Source: Camelus ferus
Lineage: Eukaryota
NCBI RefSeq assembly: GCF_009834535.1
Contig: NC_045705.1
Coordinates: 70,742,001-70,806,000, forward strand
Reading direction: 5' to 3'
Length of the DNA: 64,000 nt
Shown: positions 43,860 through 56,516 of the stretch, piece by piece
How positions within the stretch are numbered: the first letter of the stretch is position 1
Layout: each line of letters starts with the position of its first letter
Position numbers and translations under genes: made by a program
Notes under the pieces: model-generated
What the model was told of the DNA's origin: nothing
Database searches by the model: none
Seen by the model: only the letters and a program-made list of their open reading frames with translations

Positions 43860-46700
43860 TAAGCCTTGCTCCCAGGTCCCCCCAATACTTTGGACATTTC
43901 TCCAGGTCACAAGAGTGTTTGGGGGACATTAATTTCCGGGGACCTCAAAACACATCAGCCCCCACTGGCTTTCTCAGGCTTACACTAGTGGCTTAGGACC
44001 CCAGACTCACTGGGGGTCTTCTCCCAGGCTCTTGACAGTTTCACACCCTCCACCCCAGGTCATACAGAGTCACACAGTGCCCAGTCCTCTTTTCTTTAAA
44101 TGTTAACCCGGGGGCTCCTGTGGTCAGGCTGACCAACTTGCCGGACTCCCCAGAATATGCACAGAGTTTTCCCGGGATTTAGGCATCCTTAGCAAACCAG
44201 TGGAGTTCTTTCCCTGTGTCCCCATGATTTTGGACTACAGGGGTTTCCAAGTTTACTGTCTATGTTCTGACTCCCCTACACTGAAGCCCTGTTCCCCTGG
44301 TTCTCCAGAGTTTGGGACGTTATCTGCTGAATTCCACAAATTTAATGGCCCCAACCTGGGTTCCTTAAATTTTACACAAAGAATCCCAGGTCCCCCCAAC
44401 ACACTAAGCAATTTCCCCAGGACCCTCAGAGTTTGAACACTGCTTCCAATGCGTGCATCAAAAAGTAGGCATTACACCCAAAGCACGCCTATCCCCTTTC
44501 GGAATCATAAACAAACCGCGCTCTGCTTTCCTGTGTTCCACAAAACTGAAAGGATGATTTCTGGTCCCCAAAACTCACGGAGCAATTTTTTTGTGGGTCA
44601 CGAAGATACAGGGCACTCATTTCTGGGGCTCTCCAAACTTCCCTGACACTGATCAGCTTCCTTAAAATTTAGGCACTGTCACCCAGGTCCTGAAAGCATA
44701 CCGAGCAATTATCCAAGGTATGCTCAGTTATGCTCAGTTGTGGCTGTGGGTCCTGCAGGTTCCCCCAAATCACAAATCTCCCAGGTCCCTATGGGTCAAA
44801 CCAAGCACAAAACAAACTTTTGCACAGAGCTTATATTTGGTTACAGCAAGCTCTTTCGAGTGTCCCAGTAACCAAATAGTCTGAATATTTTCTCTGCTTC
44901 ATAACATTCTGAATATTAAAAAAAATTCCCTGGGCCCCACAAGCTTATGGACAAGAATCTGGAGTTTCCTAAAATTCAGAACTGATCCCAAATCCCAGGC
45001 TCACACTGGACCCTTTCCCGAAGCTGCTCTATTTGGACATGCCGGGTTCTCAAATATTAGGCATTACCCCGCAGACCCCTCAAACATTCAGAATTACACT
45101 TCGGTCACAGAAAGGCACTAATTTCTTGGGCCCCAAAGCATCCAAAGCACCCACTGAGTCCTCCCAAAGTTTAGTCAGCATTTGCTGGGTTTCCCACACA
45201 CTGCCAACGCCCTGGAGATCACCAACTTCGGACATTGATTCTTCAGGCCCTGCCACCTAGGAATGCTTAATCCTTTCCCCCTAAAACTTAGATACTGACC
45301 CTCAAGACTAAAGAACTAAAGAACTTCTTTGGATCCCCAGATTTAAAAAATTATTTTCCTGGGGTCTCCAAATTGAGGTACTGTCTCCCAGCCCTCCAAA
45401 ATTAACCGAGATTGCCTTTTTCTCCTCCACAAAACAACTGAACTTTTTCTGAACATTGATTTATGGGTCCTCTGACTTTATGACCCTTGCCCCAAGTCCC
45501 CCTAAATTTAGGCCATTTTCCACGGGCCTCCCAAAATGAAATTACCCAGATACCAGAAAAAATATCTCCGCGTCCTGGAAATCCCAGGCACTACAGGCCT
45601 GCGTCCTACAAGTGTCCTTGCTACTCATCAGGGTCCCTGGAATTTAGGTATCAACCTCTTGAACAATTTCCACAGGTTCCCCAAAACTTGGGCCATGTTT
45701 AACTAGGGTCCCCAAATGCAGACAGTGCCCAGGAAAACAGGATATTTTTTCCTGTTCACCAAAAATAAACTAATTGAAATCAATTTAAAAACTAAAACGT
45801 AAAAGGACACTGATTTTCTGCATTCCCCAAATGTACTGATCAACCTCAGGTTGCACCCATTTAGACGGTATTTCCAGAATCTCTAAAGGATATTGAGAAT
45901 CTTGCGGGAAGCCACAACAATTATAGAAGTTACCTTCCGTGGGTGCTGCAAAGCTCCAGGCCACTAACTTGAATTTCTAAATTGTGGAAATGAGTCTCCA
46001 CTTTCCTCTACCACACTGAGGACTTGCCTAGACTCCCCAAATGCGTCCATTGTTTTTCTTCCCCCAATTTTACACAATATGCTTCTTGGGTTCCCCAAGT
46101 TCCATACTGAGAATTTTCCTAGAGCCACTCCGAAACCTACTTCCCCACAAATGGGAATCTCCCACAAGCTTGCCGACCTAGATGCAGGGGTCCCCACATT
46201 TTAGACGTAGATCCCTTGTCCTCCAGTTGCACGGAGCAATTTCCCTGAACCGCAGGCTCGGACTCTTTTGCTGGAGCCTCGAATTTACTCATTAATTACC
46301 GTTCCCCACACCAACGCAGCCTCCCTCGGGTCCCCACTTCGGGACCTTCGTTCTCTCGCCCGCAAATCAGGCGTCTCTGACTTGCGTTCCCGATCTCTGG
46401 GCATTGTTCCTGGCCCCGCCGAGGAGGCCCCTGCAGCTACCCCAATCCCTCACACAACGGGCACTGGTTCTGGGCCTCTCTGCGTCTCCTACGAAGTCCC
46501 CGGAGCTCCTCGGATTTGGGAAATTTCTCCTGTGTTTCCCAAACACACTTGGCCCAGCCGCGTGTGCGCCAGTGCTTCTCCCGCGTCCAGGAAAACGACT
46601 GGGCATTGCCCCCAGTTTCCCCCAAATTTGGGCATTGTCCCCGGGTCTTCCAACGGACTGGGCGTTGCCCCCGGACACTGGGGACTGCCCCCGGGGTCTC
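43860..46700. repeat. degenerate ~30-nt tandem array upstream of IGF2 P2
   Basis: Recurring cccAGGtCCCCCAAAwtTTrGGCAyTgtcc-like units with 29-31 nt spacing at 43872/43902, 44385/44416, 45672/45703 and 46601/46630/46660. Confidence 0.6.
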
Positions 46701-46799
46701 GCTCACCTTCAGCGCGTCCACCGCCCGCTGCAGAGCGCTCGCTCGCTGTCTCGGCTCCTAGCGCGCCCGCGGACGCAGCCTCCGGCCTCCAGCCTTGCG
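46680..46799 (+). other. IGF2: IGF2 P2 leader exon 4 (3' part; 5' end not placed)
   Basis: Donor CCTTGCG|gtgagc at 46799/46800, upstream of exon 4b, where the P2 exon is expected. Confidence 0.55.
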
Positions 46800-47002
46800 G
46801 TGAGCTCCCCGCCGCCTCGGGTCTCCGCTCGGCTTCCGAACCCACCCGCCGCCGTCCCGCCGGGGCTGGCGCTCGTCTCCGGAGGCTGCCGGGGTACACC
46901 GGCGCGGGGCGCGGGAGCCTGCTGCGGGCTAGCCCTTCGGCGGCCGCGCTTGCTGGGGCCCGGCGCCCTGAAACCCGCGCGGCTTTCGTTTGCTCTTTGC
47001 AA
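46709..47002 (-). ncRNA. IGF2-AS: IGF2-AS (IGF2 antisense) homologous segment
   Basis: Minus-strand frame SPQQAPAPRAGVP...EAGGCVRGRARSRDSER resembles the recalled putative human IGF2-AS peptide (SPQPCPAPHAGLP...EAGGCVRGRTRSSGSER); transcript ends unknown. Confidence 0.45.
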
Positions 47003-47350
47003 AGATCACAGTCGTGGGGAAGGCGCCTCGGCGGCCCCGAAGCGGGACAGGCAGGGCGCTGGGCAGGAGGGACGCGGAGGAGAGGCGCACCCCGCTCGGG
47101 CGGCGCGACGCGGCGCCTCCAGACGCCGAGCGGAGGATTCCGGGAGGCGCGCGCGGAGCGCGGGCGAAGTGATTGATGGCGGAGCGAGGGGGCGAGCCGG
47201 CCGCGGGCTTCCGCCGCCGGCGGCCCCTTCCCTTCGCAGGGGCGCTGGCGGCCGGGGCTCCTGGGGGCGGGAGGGGCGTGGGGGCTTGTGCGTGGTTTTG
47301 ACTTCGTAAAAATCACAACGACTTCTTACATCGTCCAAACTCTCCAGGAG

Positions 47351-47512
47351 ATGGTTTCCCCAGACCCCCAAATTATCGTGGTGGCCCCCGGGGCTGAGCC
47401 CGAGTCGACGCAAGTCCAACGCACTGAGGACGGGGGAACCATTATCCGGCTATTTTGGGTGGGCCCCAAAGGCGAGCTGCTTAGACGCACCCCGCTGAGC
47501 TCGGTCATGCAG
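47351..47512 (+). CDS. IGF2: IGF2 exon 4b (human exon 5): 54-aa N-terminal extension of the long isoform
   Basis: Exon 47348-47512 (ctctccag|GAGATG ... ATGCAG|gtagga) encodes MVSPDPQIIVVAPGAEPESTQVQRTEDGGTIIRLFWVGPKGELLRRTPLSSVMQ; phase 0, in frame with 52107. Confidence 0.85.
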
Positions 47513-48119
47513 GTAGGATTTGAGCGACGTTTCCCGCCCTGCTCGTCTCTCCCGGCAGGCGCAGTCCTGGCTGGCCCCGTGCCTGACCCAGATTCGGGCC
47601 TGGCCGGGTCGGCCCTCCCCACGTACTGCACCTGGTGGCCGCCGAGGCTACTCCCCGGTTCCTGCGCGGCACCGGGGGGCGCTCGGGCTCCGGCTGCAGC
47701 CCGAGGTGCTGCGCCTGCTCGGGCAGGTGGCGGCTGCACTCCCGGTCAGCGCCCAGGGTCTCTCCAGTTCCCGCTCAGATCCTAGCTGGACTCGGGGACC
47801 CCCGACCCAGCGTGGAGCCACCTGCGCCCGCACTCCGACGGGGCGACCCCGCCGCGGACTCCCCTGGAGGGGCGCGGGGACCCCGCTGCCGCTAGGGCTT
47901 GTGACACCGCCCACCCTGGTGGCCCCGCGTCCCCCGCGCACTAATGTAGGGATCCTGGCACCCCGAAACCCAGGACGGGGCCCTCAAACACTTTAGAACG
48001 GCGATTTGGGATTTCTTTCGAGCTCTGCGGCTCCCTGCCCCCAATCCAATCTCGCCCCCGCGCACCCCACGGCCCCCCCGATCGCCGCCCCCCGGGGCCC
48101 CGAGACCCCAAGCCCGCCC

Positions 48120-48264
48120 CCCCTTGGCTCGAGTTGCGGGGGCGGTCCGGGGGCGGGGCGAGGGCCCCGCGGGCGCCCATTGGCGCGGGCGCGCGGCCAG
48201 CGGGGCCCGAGCGGGCGCCGCGCCGCGGGGTGGCGCGGCTATAAGAGCCGGGCGTTGGCGCCCT
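48120..48264 (+). promoter_or_regulatory. IGF2: IGF2 P3 promoter: GC boxes, inverted CCAAT (48179-48183), TATA (48240-48245)
   Basis: gggggcggggcg...cccattggcgcg...ggctataagagccg read directly. Confidence 0.88.
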
Positions 48265-49410
48265 GAGTTCGCCTGCTCTCCGGCGGAGCTGCGTGAGGCC
48301 AGGCTGGCCTCGGCCCCCCCTTCCGGCCGCCCCCGCCTCCTGGCCCACGCCCGCCTGCGCTCGGCCCGCCAGCGCCTCCACCCGGCTGGCGGCCCCGCGT
48401 CGACGTCGTCCGCCACGACGCTGCTGACTCCCACCTCGGGCGCCGTCGGCGGGGCCGCGCTCCGCCGGCCTGCGGATTCCCCGCCGCCTCCTCCTCATCT
48501 ACCTCGACGCCCGCCCCGCTTCGCCCGAGGAGGCGGTCCCCCCCGCAGGCAGTCCGGCTCGCAGGCCGCCGGCGTTGTCATCCCCCGCGCTCCCCCCCGG
48601 CCCTCTCCGGCGCGCAGCCTGGCCGCTCCCCCTCCTCGCTGCGTCCCGAGCGGCCCCGGCGCCGCCACTGCCGCCCCCCCCCCCCCGAGGCCCGGGCTTG
48701 CGACGGCCGAGGGCTCCGTCGGCCCAAACCGAGCTGGGCGCCCGCGGCCCGGGTGACGCCTCCGCTCCGCCCCCCTCAGCACCTTCCCCGGCCCCCGACG
48801 TTGCGCCCTTTCCTCGCTTCTCTGTGCTCCCCGTCCCCTCTCCGGCCTCTGGTCCCGGCCCCCTCTCTTCTTCCGCAGCCTTCCCTTTGCTCCCTCCCGC
48901 CCCCCCCCAGCTCCTTGCCTCCAACTCCCTCCCCTTCCACGCCCGCCCTCTCGCCTTCGCCGTCCCAAAGTGGATTAATTACACGCTTTCTGTTTCTCTC
49001 TCCGCTGCTCTCTCCCGCTGTGAGCCTGCCCGCCTCTCGCTGTCCCCTCTCTCTCTCGCCCTCTCTTCGACCCCCCCCATTTTCACGTTCACTCTGTCTC
49101 TCTCGCTATCTCTGCCCCCTTCTATCCTTGATACAACAGCTGACCTCATTTCCCGATACCCTTTCCCCCCCTAAAAAGTACAACATCTGGCCCGCCCCAG
49201 CCCGCAGACAGCCCGTCCTCCCTAAACAATCAGACGAGTCTCCCACCCCCCCAAAAAAGCCATCCCCCCGTTCTGCCCCGTCGCACATTCGGCCCCCGCG
49301 ACCCGGCCAGAGCGGCGCTGGCAGAGGAGTGTCCGGCAGGAGGGCCAACGCCCGCTGTTCGGTTTGCAATACGCAGCAGGGAGGTGGGCGGCCCCTGCGC
49401 CGGCTTCCAG
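48265..49410 (+). other. IGF2: IGF2 P3 leader exon (about 1.15 kb structured 5' UTR)
   Basis: Starts near gagttcgcctgctctccggcggagc and ends gccggcttccag|gtaagc as in human leader 3; TSS approximate. Confidence 0.88.
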
Positions 49411-50252
49411 GTAAGCGGCGCGCGGGTCGGGCCGGGCAGGGTGGCCGGGCCCCGGCAGACGGGGGGGGGGGGGGGGCTGTAGGTCCCGTTCCCCGTGGCG
49501 AGCCCCGCGCTCTCCCCTGCGCCGCGGAGGAGGGGGTGGGGGCGGGGGTGGGGACTAAGGGAAGTGCCAAGGGAGGTGTGAGCTGTCTGCGAGGCGACTT
49601 CCTGGTCGCTATGTGGGTGCAGGGGGGTGTTGCTGAAAGTTTGTGATTTGTGCCGGGCAGGGGCGCTGGCGGGGGGCGCTGTGTAATGCGGAGGGGCGCA
49701 AATCGCAGAAACCCACCCTGGTATGTTGAATCTGTGCCAGGAAGACTGAGAGAGGAAAACTGGGTGGGCGGGGCCAGGATGGAGCAAGGGGGGCCGAGTT
49801 GGCAACAGAGTCATGCCAGACGCCACATTTGCAGCGCACCCCACTCCCAGCCTCCCTTTCCCTGTCCCCAACATTTCCAGCCAGGAATCTGGGGAGAGGG
49901 CTTGGTCCAGGGCTCAGAAGGGCAGGAGTGTACAATCCAGAGAAGGTCACTGCCCCTGCCCCAGTGGGCAGATGGAAGTTTCCATACAAGGAGGTAGAAA
50001 GCAGCCCCCCTCCCTGCCCCCCCATTGCCCTGTGCCCAGAGGGGTGGGGGGGCGGAGGGGTTCAGGAGGAGCCCCCCCCGCCCCCATGGTACTTTGCTAA
50101 GAGATGGTCTGGGGCTAGCGGTTGGGGGTGCAGGAGAGAAGGGACTGGCTGGAAGGAGGGAGGGGGCGGGATCAAAGGGGGCGGGGGGAGTGGTCAGCAG
50201 GGAGAGGGGTGGGGGGTAGGGTGGAGCCGGGGCTGGGAGGAGCCGGCTCAGA

Positions 50253-50385
50253 CATAAAAGCTGAGGCACTGACCAGCCTGCAAACTGGACATTAGCTTCT
50301 CCTCTGAGGCAGCCTTCCAGTTTCCTCCTCTTCCTTCTCGTCCTCCTCCTCCTCCAGCCCCAGCGAGCCTCCTGTCTGGCTGCAG
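50253..50385 (+). other. IGF2: IGF2 P4 promoter (CATAAAA 50253-50259) and leader exon (about 50283-50385)
   Basis: aactggacattagcttctcc...(tcc)n...ggctgcag|gtaacc. Confidence 0.85.
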
Positions 50386-52106
50386 GTAACCAGGGCTGTG
50401 GCGGGAGGACCCTGCTGCCCTTCAGCCCCGGCCTGCCCGCCTGCCGGCTGCTGAGCGCCTCCGGCCTCAGCCCCTCGGCCCCTGCCCGCTGCCTCCCGCA
50501 CAGATCCTCCAGCCCTCCTCCCAGCCTCTGCCCTCCTCACCCCTGCCCTCCCTCCTCTGCCGGCGCTTCACCTGGCTCTCACCTCAGCATGCCTCCTGCT
50601 CTCTGCTGGTGCCCTGGCCTGGACCCCACGCTCAGTGGCGGGGCTTGCAGAAGGATGGAGCTGCTGCCTGGAGGGTGCCCAGTCGCTCGCCGACCAAATT
50701 TCTTCTTAGAATTTGGAGGGGGTGGCACTGGGGTGTCGGGAGACAGACTGGGGTCTGGCCCAGGGAGGAGGAGGTGAGTGAGGTGGCACTTCAGATGCTT
50801 CCATGGAAGAGCTTAAGCAAGGCTGGGCCTCCTCCTGTCTCCTTCTTCTCCTACAGGATTTACTGCATCAAAACCCCTTGGGCCAAGTGTGCAGCTGCCT
50901 TTCTCCAAGCTGGGAAGGGCATGCTGCTTGGTGCCTCAGTGCCCACTGGGTGCACAGCCTGGGAAGGACACAGGGGACAGCCCGCCCAGGCCCTTCCTTG
51001 AGTAGCAGCAGGGTGCCAACGGGCTCAGAGACACTGGGCTGTGACTGTCCCTCCAGAAGGGGCTGGAACCTGGAGTTGCCTGCCTGGGAGAGGGGCTTCC
51101 ACCTTTTAGAGGAGGCAGGGGTAGCTTGCTGGGTCTAAAGAGAAGCAAGGTCCCTTCCAAGCCCCTCAGCTCCTCAGGGAACCTTGCAAGGGGGTGTGTC
51201 CTAAGCAGTGCCTCTTGTTCCAGAAGCAGCCCTGAGGGACCTGGAGTCTGGCCTCCAGGTGGCCTGACCTATTCTTTCCAGCACCTGGGGTGGGGGTCGA
51301 TATCCCACATGGAGAGAGGGTCTGGTGGTCCTGGAGGGACTTCGGGTCCCTGGCCCTGGGTGGCCTGATTCAAGGCTTGGAAAGGAGGCTTTTGGTTCTG
51401 ATGTGTGTTTTGCGGTGCTTAGGGGGCACTGGAATCAATGGACTGGGTGGTTCAGGAAAACAAGTTTCCTGGGATGTGGCTGGCACCGTGGTGCCAACCA
51501 TTGGACCCTTGACTCAAGCTTTGCTCAGCTACAGACTGGGAAGGCAGGAAGGGCAGTGGGGGAGGCAGAGGGTTGGGACTGGTGCAGCAAGACCCCTCTG
51601 TTGCTTTGGGAGGGGGAGCCGGTCCTCTTGGACCCCTACCTCTGCTGGTCCTCTGGGATGCACATGTCCTGTGGCTGGGTGGGGCTGTCTCCCACCTTGG
51701 GTGGCGCTGGGAGGCCCGCAGAGTGGCTGCTGCCCTGTGCTGGCCCTGCTGCCATGACATCATAGGATGGAGGCCAGGTCCAGTGTCCAGCACTGGCCCC
51801 TGCCGCTCTGGGTGTGGCTGAGCGCCTGCACTGATGTTGGCGGGGCGGTGGTCCCCACGTGAAATGACTGCCCGTCAGAGATGTGCTTTCCACCCCTTCA
51901 CTCTCAGGGCGGTTCTACGTCCTGCCTGCATCAGCAGTGAAAGCTTCTGTTATTTCTGTAATGAAAACGATTGAGATTAAGGAGAAGAGTCAGGCTTCAG
52001 AGCCGCGTAACGGGGCCTGAAGTCGGGAGGTGGCAGGGCTGGCGGCGGGAGAGGCCTGGACCGGGACGTGGCGGGCGGCGGGCTCACAGTCTCGTCTCCA
52101 CCCCAG

Positions 52107-55049
<2,943 letters not shown>

Positions 55050-55907
55050 GCCAAATTGTCGTAATTCTGCAAAGTGGCACCATCTGGCGTGTGACCTCCT
55101 CTTGACTGGGACCTTTCCATCAGGTCCCCCCTCTGAAATCTCTGTACCGTCCTGTCAGTGGGCTTCCCCAACCCAGCCCCCATGCCCCAACCTCCCCATG
55201 TCAGGCTAGTCTCTCTTCGGCCCCCTCCATCGGGCCAAGGGAAGCAACACCTTTAAAAATGTATGAAACCAATTGGCTTTAAATTTCTCCCCAAATTATA
55301 CCCCCCCAATTATCTTCAAATTGTATAACAAAAATTGAAATCGTGAGCCCCCTTAATCTCACACAAACACACACTCAGCCCCCTTAAAAATGAATTGGCT
55401 TTTTAGAAACACCAGAAAGGCTAATTAGCTTTAAAAAAAAAAAAAAAACCCAAAAAGATCAATTAGCGAAAAAATTACTAAAAACGAATTGGCTTCCAAA
55501 AAATTGACAAAATAAAAGAATTCGGCCCCCCCCCTTCCTTCTCTGTTCTTTCGGACCTTCAGTTAAATTGACTGGAATCTGACTGTCCACGAGAAAGGAA
55601 GGGACAAAATTTGCAGGTAGGCTTGTCACTGCCTAACAGCCATCTCCCTGCCCATGCCAGACCCTCTCTGGGGACTCCAGTGGGATGACACCAAAGACCC
55701 AAACCTGTTCCTCTCTCAGTTTCCCATCGCCAGGGCCACTACGGAGCTAGTGGGGGACCCTGTGAGACCAGAGGAGGGGCACAGGACAGAAAACCAGAAT
55801 TTGAGCAGATGAAATTTAATTGGCACCAATACCCACACACTGCAAAATCTTACAATTCAGCCCCCGCCTTAGAAAGCACATGGACCCACATGCATCCCTG
55901 CAGATAG

Positions 55908-55940
55908 ACACACACCCTCACACACACACACACACACCCT

Positions 55941-55974
<34 letters not shown>
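55908..55974. repeat. (CA)n microsatellite in IGF2 3' UTR
   Basis: acacacaccctcacacacacacacacacaccctcacacacacacacacacaaacacacacacacaca. Confidence 0.95.
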
Positions 55975-56382
55975 GGTACGTGGGCTACCTGAGCCCAGCA
56001 TTGTGCAGGTTAGACCACGTTCCACCCCAAATTCTCTAGGCTGTGCTGCGATGAGGTTTTCATGTCCTGTGCTCCCTCCCGTCCCCTGGGATGCGGCCCA
56101 GGGTGGAGGGCGTGTGTCCCAGGCTTAGACGGGTGGTTCCATCTTCTGAGATGAGGGAGGGCCCCCTTGTCTCGGTGCCCGTCCCCACGGCCCCCGCAGC
56201 GTGAGTCCCGATGCCCCCAGACCCCACCCCAGGGCATCCCTGCACCTACTATCGTGCAGAGCGAGGAATGGGTTTGGCCAGACTGGAGATGGCTGTAGCC
56301 CAGCGAGACATGCCCTGCCGTGTAGCCTGACCCCCTAGGTATGCTTCTGTAAGATCTGGGGACCCCCCCAGCACACCTAGGG

Positions 56383-56516
56383 ATCATCTTTGCCAGCCTC
56401 CTGGGGGAGCCTCTCAGAAATGGAGGCCCCCCAGGAGGCTGGCAAAGATGATGGGGAGAGTGGGCAGTCTGGCGGTTGGAGGGGTGGGTGGGGGGCAGTG
56501 GGGGCTGGGTGGGGGG
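56383..56516 (+). other. IGF2: IGF2 mRNA endonucleolytic-cleavage element II: 25-bp perfect hairpin plus G-quadruplex tract
   Basis: 56383-56407 is the exact reverse complement of 56428-56452, with an inner 5-bp stem gcctc/gaggc; G tract ggggtgggtggggggcagtgggggctgggtgggggg at 56481-56516. Confidence 0.85.

Larger units (their letters stand above)
46300..49520. promoter_or_regulatory. IGF2: large CpG island covering IGF2 P2-P3
   Basis: Sustained CpG-rich, GC-rich sequence; boundaries approximate. Confidence 0.85.

Noticed and set aside
42413-43996. 438-aa and other long ORFs over the intron 3 CpG island
   Set aside because: Stop-poor GC-rich sequence giving low-complexity translations.
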